64,000 bases of DNA from contig NC_135760.1 of NCBI RefSeq assembly GCF_052425735.1, positions 248,001-312,000 on the forward strand. The letters are read 5' to 3'. The position numbers and the translations under genes were made by a program. The notes below the pieces were generated by a model. That model did no database searches and had not been told where the DNA came from. It saw nothing but the letters and a program-made list of their open reading frames with translations. The stretch is from Oculina patagonica. Its lineage: Eukaryota. Below, one piece after another: positions 13,515 to 25,368 of the stretch. Position 1 is the first letter of the stretch; every line of letters begins with the position of its first letter.

Positions 13515-14910
13515 GGTAATTTTCTATGATTTGTGAGTGTTTCGTTGTTTAATTATAACACACTTTTTCCAAGCCATAGAGCTAATCAGAATACAGTCAA
13601 CTCTCACTATAACGGACACCTTCGGGACCACAATTTGGTGTCTTGTGCTTCTCAAGTGCGCTTCTAGTGTGTTCCCCATGCAATCACTGTGTTCCCAGTG
13701 ATTTTGGCGTATCTTAAGAAAACTAAGATCCCGTTAACTTCGTTTTCCTTGGTGTACAACAGAGTTTTTAGCCAGGTTCATCGTTATGTACACAGCGGTA
13801 AAGTTCATCTGTGTAACACGTGCGAGCGCCGCGCGAACTCACAACTTGCGTTCAGTTCTCGCGGGTTATCGACCGCTGCTCGGTGGCTATTTATAATTTC
13901 TCATAGCTTATTTTTCATTCTACATCATTACAGGACAGTCATTTCATTCTATATCATTACATTATGCATCATTAGCAACTTTAAGCTTGTTTTTTGTTTC
14001 ATATCGTGATGTTTAGACAGTTTTTCTATGCAACATTTTTATATGTACGAAAAAAACAGACCCAATATTAAGCAAATCAGTTTGAAACGCAAAGTACCTC
14101 CTATAATAATCTTCCCGAAAATAGAAAGACAACGCAAAAATAGTTGCAGACTTCTCCCTTCTCTGTTACCTTCAACTGTAGTGTCTCGTAGCTTAGAGGT
14201 ATATATTGAAAAGGACTAACTAACCTCAATAATGCACCAGTAAAATCAATCTTGTATCAGAAAGGGCGAGTTTTGGGTTAGTTCCTTCTGGAGTTGTAGT
14301 CATTAAAAAACAAAGCCAATTAAATGCACAGAGCAGTTGTACTCCGAGCAAGTTGTCAATCAAAATTGTCAAGCATCAGCTTCCATTACGGTCCATTACC
14401 AATGAGGATTTCTAAAGACCACCAGGAAGCTAAAGGCCATTTAGAACTAAGAAAATTAATGTTTTTATAGCGTGGCAAATCCTGCACAGCTCTCGAGAAA
14501 ATTAAAGTAATGTTCATACACATACACACAAATAGTTTTACACTTAAAGACCTAAACGAGCGATTTCATCATCCATCTTGTCACTGTTTTGTGTACCTTG
14601 GAATTTTAATCGCACTTTAACAAAAAAAGAGTATATTTTCAGCTTGGTGACGAGACATTATGCTCTGTAACAGTGAAATGAGATGTTTCTAAGATACGAA
14701 GCGCCCTTACAAAGAACCGGTTCAAGGAATTCATTACACCTAACTTCATTTATGCCGTTTGCATAGATTCCATTGTGAGGGTTTATAACAATTGAGTTTA
14801 TATTTGTTATTTGGCCGTATTGTGTAGGGAGGAAGTTTAAATGTACAGGCATTACATAGAAAAATCTCTTGAAATAAACGATTTCCAAGAAATTAAATCT
14901 TGCTGTCTTG

Positions 14911-15571
14911 CAACCTTGTCCCCAGGGTCTTCTGCGCTGTTCAAAATGGGGGGCGCCGACGCAAATTTCCCTTTCGTAAACGGTCGTTGCCATTTCTCAG
15001 AACGTTCGTTGCCATTTGAAACGGTCGATGCCATTTATACTTTGGATCAAATCGCATGAAAGGATCTTTCAAACTTCTTGAGAGTATCAGATGTTTGTTA
15101 AGAAATGTCAAGCGATTCCAAAAATTATTTTGGTTTTCTAGTTGACGACATATCCGAGCTTCGGTATACCATAAGATCTAAACAGGCATAGAATATTCTC
15201 ATTAGGTTACTAAAGTAAGTGGAGATATTCATCCATTCATTCGTTTGCGTGAGGTTTTCTGCAGTTTTCTGTTTCGATATTTCTTACTTCCGGGCTGAGC
15301 CAAATTTTTTACAAGTGTCGAGAACATAGCGATCTTATGGTATACCGAAGCTCGGATATTTCGTCAACTAGAAAACCAAAATAATTTTTGGAATCGCTTG
15401 ACATTTCTAAACAAACATCTGATACTCTCGAGAAGTTTGAAAGATCCTTTCATGCAATTTGGTCCAAAGTATAAATGGCATCGACCGTTTCAAATGGCAA
15501 CGACCGTTGACGAAAGGGAAATTTGCGGCGCCGACTTGGGCACCATTTTGAAAAGCGGAGAAGACCCTGGG
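14911..15571. mobile_element. Long inverted-repeat (foldback/MITE) element
   Basis: Arms of about 240-260 bp (~14921-15178 and ~15331-15571) are near-exact reverse complements around a ~150-bp spacer. The left terminus CAACCTTGTCCCCAGGG resembles the 38273 micro-element terminus. Confidence 0.85.
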
Positions 15572-16335
15572 TACTTTGGGCCCACTTACCATGCAAGGAA
15601 CGATTGAAATGTTACAAAAAGCTGACTGGCTTATTTTCAAAAAAAACAAGGGGAAACATTTACACTTATAGCCTTTTGTATTGAGAAAACACATGGCGAT
15701 CTCATTTTCCCACGTTTTGAAGTTTTTAATTATGTGCGTTAGATTACCTTTATTTAACAAAGCCAAGTTGACAATTGTTTCACATGCAGTTTATTTTGAC
15801 AGGGGAGTTTTCTCTGGGTTGATGAAGTTTTAAACTGAATGCGTGGCTATTCTCTGATGCAAGTTACTCAAGAACAATAAAATCTCATTTTATTCCATCT
15901 TTACTTACATGTTACATTGTTGCATAGTCTAATATTATGTCGTATCTTTATATATGCCAAGTAGATATTTATAATATATACCGAAAGTATTTTAAGAATA
16001 TACATAAAAGCATTTAGAAAAAAAAATTGAATAATTCCGTGCCATGTGGCCATTGCAACATATTTACAATATATCATAATATGAAAAAGACTTCAAAATT
16101 CATGGCATATAACATAATTGCAAAGATATTCAGTGATGTATCAAAAATATTCACAACAATCTTTCACAAAAATCACTGGCGTAATAAAATTAAATATTGA
16201 CAATATGAAAAATGAATGAAAAAAAAATGAAAAAAAAATATAAAAGCTTTAAAAGTCAACGACATATAAAAATATTTGGTTATTTACGACTATTTTCATA
16301 TATACAATCATATTTTTGAGTGCCAGTATATTTAC

Positions 16336-16835
16336 NNNNNNNNNNNNNNNNNNNNNNNNNNNNNNNNNNNNNNNNNNNNNNNNNNNNNNNNNNNNNNNNN
16401 NNNNNNNNNNNNNNNNNNNNNNNNNNNNNNNNNNNNNNNNNNNNNNNNNNNNNNNNNNNNNNNNNNNNNNNNNNNNNNNNNNNNNNNNNNNNNNNNNNNN
16501 NNNNNNNNNNNNNNNNNNNNNNNNNNNNNNNNNNNNNNNNNNNNNNNNNNNNNNNNNNNNNNNNNNNNNNNNNNNNNNNNNNNNNNNNNNNNNNNNNNNN
16601 NNNNNNNNNNNNNNNNNNNNNNNNNNNNNNNNNNNNNNNNNNNNNNNNNNNNNNNNNNNNNNNNNNNNNNNNNNNNNNNNNNNNNNNNNNNNNNNNNNNN
16701 NNNNNNNNNNNNNNNNNNNNNNNNNNNNNNNNNNNNNNNNNNNNNNNNNNNNNNNNNNNNNNNNNNNNNNNNNNNNNNNNNNNNNNNNNNNNNNNNNNNN
16801 NNNNNNNNNNNNNNNNNNNNNNNNNNNNNNNNNNN
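16336..16835. other. Assembly gap (500 N)
   Basis: Run of N. Confidence 1.
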
Positions 16836-16844
16836 GCAACTGTG

Positions 16845-17108
16845 GGAGGCGCGGATCGAACGGTTCCGGTTCGAGACCTAGCCGTGGCACTGCATTGTGT
16901 TCTTAGGCAAGACACTTTACTCTCATAGTGCCTCTCTCCACCCAGGTGTATAAATGGGTACCGGCAAATTTACTGCTGGGGGTAACCCTGCGATGGACTA
17001 GCATCCCATCCAGGGGGGAGTAGAAATGCTCCTAGCCGCTTAATGCTACAGAAACTGGAACAAGCTCCGGCCTGATGAGCCACTTGGCTCGTATGCGGGC
17101 TTAACCTT
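16845..17108 (+). mobile_element. tRNA-derived SINE
   Basis: B-box-like GGTTCGAGACC, conserved core TGTGTTCTTAGGCAAGACACTTTACTCTCA...CCACCCAGGTGTATAAATGGGTACCGGC, and a TTAACC tail. Related copies at ~26680-26860, ~44105-44297 and ~55915-56355 (- strand). Confidence 0.8.
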
Positions 17109-18708
17109 AACTAGCCTGCAACTATTTTACCTTTCTATTAATTTTTACCCTGTAAGCCTGATACAGTTTCCAAGGCTACACTAAAAAGTAGCCAGTACGA
17201 AGTAGTCGATCCCTTTCGCGCCCCTTCTCCCTAAGCACCCCAAGCTTTATACACGCCCCAAGCGCCTTCGGAAAGGAAGCAACTGAGCTATGGTTTTGCT
17301 ACAAGCTCCACGTTGACGTCTTGACGGGTTTATAACTAGGTGTACTGTAATTTAGCATGGTTCACTGTAACTAGGTGTACTGTAATTTAGCATGGTTCAC
17401 TAACTTTATTCAAAATACTTACTAGTATCCAAACAATTTTCCAAACGTTCTACTCAAGAAGCCTTCTTGTTCTGTAAAATAACATACAAAGAATTTAATA
17501 TTACCAATGATTGTACATTGCTTCATACTGATATAGAAGCTAAAGGACACTGAGTGAAAAACATTCATAGTTAAGTGCTTTGTGGACTCCGAAACCGGGA
17601 TTAAATATTATTGTTTCTTCTTTGACAAAATTACACTCAATAAAACACCGTGGACTTAGAAAACTAAGCTGCACGAGTCACACAAACCTTTACAGTGCAT
17701 TACATGTGAAGATAACTGAGTTTGTAAGCCGGAGTCCGTTTTTACTCCATTTAAATTCTCTTGTCATGTCAAAGCATTTTTGGTTTCTACTGATACAAAG
17801 TTCAAAGTTATTCTTCAAAGTGTCATATTTTGTATGTAAACAAGTTGCCGCGCTCAAACTTTAAATTTAGTCCAATAATTTACCTTATTATAGGAATATA
17901 ACGAAGCATTTTAACAACGCGAACAAAATGTACTCGTAATAAAATTAACGCGAATTTAAGAAAAGTTCTGGTTAGATGCTTATAGTAAACGTGTTTACAT
18001 AAATAAAATTAACGTGAATTTTTGAAATTCGCGTTAATAACATGTATCGTTAATTTTCTATAGTAAGGTAATTTAAACAGCAGAAAGCGAATGCCCTGAA
18101 ATTTTAAAGATTATTTACGTGCGTTATTAAACATACCGATATCAGGGAACGGCTGGGCACTACTTGTCTGAGTGAACGGATAAGCCGGGTAAGTGTTAGT
18201 CATTTGAGATCCATCGAACGGTAATGGTCGATGATGGGCGTATCCATTGCCTAAGCAAAAAACAGGAATATTCACCTTCAAAGGGACGGCTTCACTCGCG
18301 AAAAATTTAGGCGTGGCTCAAGCCACGACTGGCTATTTTTCATGTGTGATCGGTCTAGACTGACAACACAGTGTGACAGTTTTATATTTATTCGTGTGCA
18401 GCCATAAACGAGACCTTGACGGCTAAAAATATGGGCTTTAACTCCCCTAAGCGAGACAAAAAGCATCCTGAGCGTTTAAATGGGAGTCCCCCCGCGCCCC
18501 CAGGGCAACTGCCTTGAAGAAATCCTCAGAAACACAGTAGTCAAGGGAATGGATTCAAATTTTTCTTTGCTCTTTTTTGCTCTTAGATCAACATCTTTTC
18601 TTTGAGATATCCGTTTATAAGCCTTCCCTGTTAAAGGCCCATTTGTTACGCAACGAAAAAAATATTCCGGTTATATAAGCCCTCTTCCATCCAAGATTTG
18701 TATATTAA

Positions 18709-21700
18709 CTAACTGAAGTCCTTACGAAATTCTGTATAAGAAATAAGCAATAACAAGTTTGCAAGTAGCCTGTTTCAGGCTCTTGGTAGTTGGAGGAGAG
18801 CGAAAAAAAGCGGGCAAGCGAGGAAAGAGACGCGAGGCAGGACGAAGGCGAGCGAAGGAACCATAATACCTTCGCCTTCGTCCCGCTCATTTTTTTCCTC
18901 GCTTGCCCGCGTTTTTCGCTTTTCCCCAACTACCAAGAGACTGGAACAGCCTAGTTTGCAACTACAGAGCAGATAAAAACGTTTGATCAGAGTGGCTTTC
19001 TTAAAATATAAATATCCCTTATCAAAGTTCGGTATTACAACTAATCTTGTGTGTGTGTTTCCGTACCTTTCACTGCCTTTCTGAACGGGTTTATCGGTTT
19101 TTGAGAGCTGCCGGTCGCCTTAGCTTCAAAGCCATTTCTTTGAGTTGGGTTCGGTGGGTTGTCCTGGCCAGCTTGGGATGTAACAGCGGTGCCGTTCACG
19201 GGTGTAAATAGAGGTGATTGATGATTCACCTGTTGACTCTTCCCTAAAAAAAATATGGTGAATTCGAAATTTTCCATTTTGTTCACACTGCATAGTGTTT
19301 ATCATTTACTAAAAACGAATACACTGTTTAAAAGGAAACAAAATATGAAGATTTGGGGCACAAATAAGACCAAATAAAGCAGTAATCGTCCTGTCAAATT
19401 CCAATATTAAGGGTACAGTATTGTATGTTTCATTGTATGTACCTTTCGCTGCTGCCTTCCTAAATGGGTTTACGGGCCGCTTCTGAGAATTACCGGTTCT
19501 GTTTGGTTCAATTTTTGTTACGACTGGCTTGTTTTGATCAGCTTGGGGTGAAGTAGTGCTGTTCACAGGCGCGAGCTGTGGTGGTCCACAGCTTTTTTCT
19601 AAAAGAAATAACAATATTTATAATTTCACCAAGTGAAGCGCCTTGCTTTCTCAGGGAGTAAATCAGCACCAACACAAGAAAATGTTTTGGCCATGGTTTG
19701 ATTTTGATTTAGACACTTGTGTAAGTCACGGGCCATAAACGCTGCAAGTGAGTCTATAACAACGTAGTTACGACTGTTTAAATAATGCATATTGTGTAAC
19801 TGGAGTCAATAAAAGGAAAGGCTTCAGAATGAAGGCTTATCATGAAAAGAAAAATAAAATTTTCAAAGTAGTGGAGTATTGAGTGGTCCCGTGGGGGTAG
19901 GAATGGACAACCGGATTTGAGAGGTGGAGAGGGGCATGGTGAGAGCAAAGCGGAAGGCGGCTAGGGGTTGATAAAGCCCTTGGAGCGATGAAAAAATTAA
20001 TCTATTTATTGCTTATGCTTTGAAGCCCTGGAAATAGCCCTTACACCGCTTCATAAACCCCGACAAATCTTTCTTTTACTGTGATTTGACGCATTGGACA
20101 CTGATCAGCCCCCTTCAATGGACCGCATGTGTTTCGCCTGTCTTACCTTCAGCTGTCTTTGAGATCCTTGCATTCTCATGTTTCTTATCAGAAGAGCCCT
20201 TGATCCTGTTAGCATCAAGATCTTTTGCTCGGACTGGGTAGTTGTGAATTTGGAGGCATACAGTGTTGTTTGACAAAGTGTCAAACCATGATGGCTGAGG
20301 GTCGAAGTAATCTTTGGCTGAACAAGAGAAAAAAGGAACGAGGTAAAATACATGCAAACGTGCAACGCCAATTAACGAAGTCGCACAGTTTCGATATCAT
20401 GGACAAAAAGATAAATATCGAGTGTGGGGGCTAATTTTCGGAGTTTAAGGTGTGATTACGGTAGTTTATAGCAACTTATAGCTTACAAGTGTTTGGACTT
20501 AATCATGGGTCATACATCTTTGGAACCCATGTATGTTAGTCACTGAGGGCATTTGGTGTCCGCAATAAAGAAAGTCCGTAGTAACGGAAGGTTATTTTCA
20601 GAATTTCTTATTCACCGGGACTTTAAGTCCTGTCCGTAATAACGGGGTGTCCGTAATCGCGAGGTGACCGCAAGGCGGGAGTTGACCGTATGAGGTCGCT
20701 TTAATGATGCCACTGAGAGAGTACAAACCCGTCGTTGTTCTTTTTATTTCTTTGTCAATGAACTGAGTAACAGATTTTCCCTTCTATCGCTAATTCCCAA
20801 CTTCGTCGTCTAACCCCACGCCTCAACAGCTCGACATTACTTACTATAGCCACTTACCATTAAATAACTGTGGCTCAATCTGAAGACTTTCCACCTCTGC
20901 TTTCTTTCTAAAGAGGTTTTCTTCAGCTTGGGAGATATTCTCTTTCGTTTTCTCAAGTTCCCCATCAATTGTCTCCATTTGCTTTGCAAAATCAATCTCC
21001 GTTGTTTGCCCATTTTGCTCAGATAACTCTGACCCCGTTGTTTGCCCATTCTGATGTAGCTCCAAAACTGTTTCTTTAAGATGAGCAATTACCTTGTCTT
21101 TTGCCGACACACTCTCTTTCAGATAAGCGATTTCCTTTTCTTTAGCTGTCATGGTAGATAAAATAGAGAGTAAAATTGTCAAAGATGATAATGTCACTGG
21201 TTATAACTGATTCGCATATTCTTTACTCTGCAGCCTACAGTTAATTCGTTACTTAAATTTTTTGAGTTGCGAGCAGATACTTAACGCCAACTTCTCTTTA
21301 CTATAAATCATTCTTAAACTTACCATTACACTGTGCTTCGAGGACAGCAATCTTTTCTTCAAGCTCTTCCTTTTCTTGCTTGTACTAAGAGAAAAAAATA
21401 TCCAAATATCGAGTTAACTCTGATTTTCTAAAACTACTTATCTGTGGTGGTGGGGACAGGAGATGGTATCACAAAAACTGCTGGAATTGGAAAGACAGTA
21501 AGATAAGAGATACATTATTGGTACTAATTTCCAGGTCGCTTTAATTTCGCAATTTTCGCGATTTAAAAAAAAAATTTCCGCGAACTTTAATGTCGCGAAA
21601 TTGAATACCTTCCTATATTTTTTTGTCTACGTATTGTGTATAATGTGTAAAAGCTCTATGGCATGCCTACAAATAAGAGGCCCAAAAACTTTATGCCAAT

Positions 21701-22724
21701 GGTACACATAGCTCTAGCCAAGTATAATTCACGGCTACAATGTAAATATGCGTTATACAATTGCAAAGAACGTTAAGCACAAGGATAATGTCTTTGAATT
21801 TGCCTGTAGTACAAGATGTGTTTTTTATATAGTTTGGTTTTGTTGTAAGAAGTGTAAAATAATAATAAAATTCTCAAAATGAAATGTGTTTTTTAATTTT
21901 CGCGAAAAATAATTCCCTAAGAAAATAATTTTGCACGCAAATCGCGAAAATAAAGATCTGCGAAATATGCCGACTTTTTTTTTCGCGAAATTAAGTGCCC
22001 GCGAAAATATATTAGTACCAATAAGGTAATGACCAAAGGTAACAGATATGCTGAAGCGCTCATGTTTAGGCTATTGCTACTATGAACGAAATCTTATTTG
22101 TTTTTATTTTGGATAGTTACGTTGTGCAATTTTCATTTTAAACGTGGAAATTTGCGTCATAATTGAAAGAGTGAGTTTCCGCGCGCGCACTTTTTGTTTT
22201 TTCGGTGCAGGCGGAAATAAATAAATAATTTTCCCGAATCAGTAAATAGAGTTTAAAATGAGACAAATCCAATTCTGGTCCTATTTTATTTCAACACTTG
22301 AAACGCTTAATCAAAATGTTAATGATCTCTTCGATCTCGTCTTCAGTTGTCATTTCTTCAAAAGAAAAACGTTTGGCATCTAAATGTATCAAATTCTTAT
22401 ATCGCAATCGCGCGCTTTTGAAACATTTGTTCTCATATTTTGCTCACTCGCGAACGTAATAGTTTTATCCTTTGTAAGAGGAACGCAAAGCTGGACAGTT
22501 AATTCGATGAAAACTTAAAGCAATAAAAAGGAAACGCCCACCTCTCTAGCCATGATTCGCGCCACGTGTGAAGCGTCGAGTGGCTCATGTTTGTTTGTGC
22601 ACGGAAGATCACCAACATAAAATCCGCCCGTTCTCCCAGTCTCTACATCGCTAAAAGTATTTTGGCTGTAAAAGTCGCTAAACTCTTCAGCTGAAGTGTT
22701 TGATAAACACGAAGTACTATCCAT
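18709..22724 (-). CDS. Uncharacterised ~352-aa protein with coiled-coil segments and NPF-repeat exons (copy 1)
   Basis: Exons 22724-22542, 21384-21324, 21145-20858, 20317-20147, 19598-19443, 19243-19067 and 18731-18709 all have GT-AG sites, join in frame, and are open in both copies. The 3' end is uncertain: there may be an 18-nt microexon 18731-18714 plus a last exon 17883-17867. AATAAA at 17410-17405. Confidence 0.75.
18766..18953. mobile_element. Small TIR element (TAGCC...GGCTA family), 9-bp TSD
   Basis: TIR TAGCCTGTTTCAGGCTC; flanks GTTTGCAAG/GTTTGCAAC. Counterpart at ~36179-36381 and a relative at ~58029-58152. Confidence 0.75.
21513..22026. mobile_element. TA-flanked MITE (Tc1/mariner-type)
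   Basis: TA|CATTATTGGTACTAAT...ATTAGTACCAATAAGG|TA with internal TTCGCGAAA repeats; also present in copy 2 (~39215-39700). Confidence 0.7.
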
Positions 22725-22798
22725 CTTTTCTCAATTCTCTTTGCACTGTGCTTCAGCAAGCGCTCAACACCAAATGCGAAAAATTTTCAATCTGATAA

Positions 22799-22824
22799 GT
22801 TGCTATGACAACTTCCATGGTAAC
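22799..22824. promoter_or_regulatory. Tandem RFX X-box motifs upstream of the orphan gene (copy 1)
   Basis: GTTGCTATGACAAC plus an overlapping CTTCCATGGTAAC, ~75-100 bp upstream of the ATG; a CRE-like GACGTCAC at ~22845. Confidence 0.65.
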
Positions 22825-23512
22825 TGTTTGCGCCGTCACTTCAGGACGTCACTGAACGGGAAGCCTGGTGACTAAGATGTTTTCGCGCGAAAACGCAAAG
22901 TTGAAACTGATTCCCATCTGGCTGGTGATCTCGATTGATCCTAAAAAAAGTAAATAAAGCGTTCAGATTCTCTTTCTATTCTTTAGCTGTTTTGTAGTGT
23001 TTGAACTTCCTGACTTAATTATCAATTATTTGATTTTATAAACGATTAACACAATACTTACCGTTAAAAGTTCCAAAATATTCCGCTTCATGATATGTTG
23101 ATACATGTGTAGATGTAAAATTCTGACTTCAACATAACGTTAAATAAAACGTTAACTAGGAAAACTAAAAAAAAGGTTTCGTTACGTTGTCATTTTTTCG
23201 CCGTTTTGACTGAAAATCTTTGCCCTTCGCGCTTTAGAGTGACAAATTAGCAACTGAAAATACCAAAATTGCAGTCTGGAGTTGACATAACAAATTCTTG
23301 AAACGGTCTGACGCTGACTAAAGTGGAATGAAAACAACGTTCACAGTAAAATTTGTAACAAGACTTTTCGACCGCAAACCTACGACTTCGGTTTGAAAAA
23401 AGCAACAGCTAACTTAACGGTTCACATTTGCGCGTGCGCGGTTGACTGAATACAACAAAACACGCGAACTGCGCGAGACCGGTGAACATTGCGAAGCGAT
23501 TTGTATGACTAA

Positions 23513-24083
23513 TAAGTAATTATTGGATGAGGTTGAGCATGATATCGTGAATTATCAAAACCGAGGTCTGTGTTATCTGCCGAAGCCGAAGGCTGAGGCA
23601 AATAACACGGACACGAGGTTTTGATAATTCACGATATCATGCGAAAACCGAATTCAATAATTGTTTTATTATACGTTTTAAACAATTTGCCATCACTTTT
23701 TCTAGCACCGGCGTAAAACTTCGTCAGAACATTGGCTAAAGCAGTTTTATCTTGTGGTTCCTCCAGGTTCTTCTCCCTCAAATAATCATTCAGAATTTTT
23801 ACACTTGTTTTTGTTGTTCTCTTGGTGTTTTTAGAATCTTTATTCACGATCAAAACTTTTAATTCCTCTTCGGAAGCGGAGGCGAATCGCTCAGCCATAT
23901 TTTCAAAAGTTTGACAGCACTACACGGACGAGGGGCTTGGAAACTAGGCGGACTTTGAACTCGACATGATAACCCAATATCTGCTGCAGATATTGGGTTA
24001 TCATGTCAAGTTCACATGCTACTGTATATTGACTGAATGCTCTCGACCAATCACATGTTTCAAAGTAATTCTTATGTATAATA
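23513..24083 (-). mobile_element. Crypton-like (tyrosine-recombinase) non-autonomous element with a truncated ORF
   Basis: Absent from copy 2, with no TSD. Long terminal hairpin at ~23538-23642. ORF 23898-23629 MAERFASASEEELKVL...KNTKRTTKTSV...LTKFYAGARKSDGK resembles the N-terminus of Crypton/DUF3504-type recombinase proteins. Confidence 0.65.
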
Positions 24084-24662
24084 ATTGTTAAATATCTGGC
24101 ATTGCTGGTCTCTGCGAATGACACATGCTTCAAGGAAAAGCCTCAAGGTAATTGTTCGCTTTGTCAACAACAGTGGCGAGGTAAACATCCATTTCATGGT
24201 GAAAATGCAGGGTCGGACAGGGGGGTAAGTGGTATACCAGTATACCTGAAAAGCATGTACCCAGTATACCCAAAATTTCCCCTCAAAATCAAGCAAAATA
24301 CCAAATTTGGAATAACAAAGTATACTTTATGCAATTTTAGGATAATCTTAAATTAGTCTTGATCAAAAAGTGCAATCACGACATACTGTTAGTTACACGT
24401 GAATGCAAAATAGCCGCAAGCTCATAAACATGTCCGTACGGAGAGGTTCGACTGTAAATTGATGGGCCTGGAACAGGCTATCCTGGAACATGCGCTTAAT
24501 AAACCCCTATTTGCGCATGCCTTTTTCTTTTTTCTAAGACATCCTTATTGCAATTAGGTGTATATATATTTTAGATCGATTCCAAAGCCGAAATCTTACT
24601 ATATTCAGCGCTGGAAAGCGCAGAAATAAACTTCACCCAGAGGATGACACCTCTCTAATACG

Positions 24663-25368
24663 CCCGGGGTATGCAACCGAACAAAATCGAACCAAAAATC
24701 AATCGAACCCAATCGAACACCGATCGTTCGATCGGGTTCGGTAATCGAACAAAATCGAACATCTATTTTGCTGTGAGTTCGATTATCGAACCAATCGAAC
24801 CAATCGGACATAATCAAACACAATCGAACTCAATCGGGTTTGATTTTGTTTGGAATCTTTCTCTTGATAAGTAAATCACGCAGGACTAATCAAAATCAAC
24901 TTTTATTGAATGGAATAAATATAAAAATGTCCAAATATCGAACTGAATGTCAATGTTTAGTAAAATATATTTGGTAGAAGATAACAAAACAACGGTAAAA
25001 TAACTGAAATGCACTATTGTTTACATTCCTATATTAGAAGGAAGGATATGGTTTCTGCCCTGCTTTTCACCGTTACACTCAAACAGAATTTGCACCATTT
25101 CATTCACTGCAACACAGGCAGTTGTGTTTAATATGTGAAGAACACACATTTGGCAAAATTTCTCCCAACTTCGTGGCAGACTGCTGTGCCCGTGGCTATT
25201 GTGCAGACAATCGTCCTATCCCGAAGTATGACGAATCGCCAAAAAAGGATTAGGGGAACGGTGCACCGTACAATATGTACGCAGTATAAACAAACAGACC
25301 CCGAACCCAATCGAACGATTGGTGTTCGATTGAGTTCGATTACCGAACGTTCGATTGGATACCCCGGG
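24663..25368. mobile_element. 706-bp TIR element with a 6-bp TSD
   Basis: AATACG|CCCGGGGTAT...ATACCCCGGG|AATACG; empty site with a single AATACG at ~42180 in copy 2; subterminal AATCGAAC repeats. Confidence 0.9.

Noticed and set aside
16249-16928. ORFs of ~200 aa spanning the first gap (likewise 32712-33395)
   Set aside because: Artefacts of translating N runs.
17333-17401. 35-bp tandem duplication present only in copy 1
   Set aside because: Simple local slippage with no evident function.
19862-19980. Possible extra exon of the orphan gene (GLYQPLA...NTPLL*)
   Set aside because: The acceptor position and phase differ between the two copies, and the exon would truncate the NPF exons. Not supportable without transcript data.
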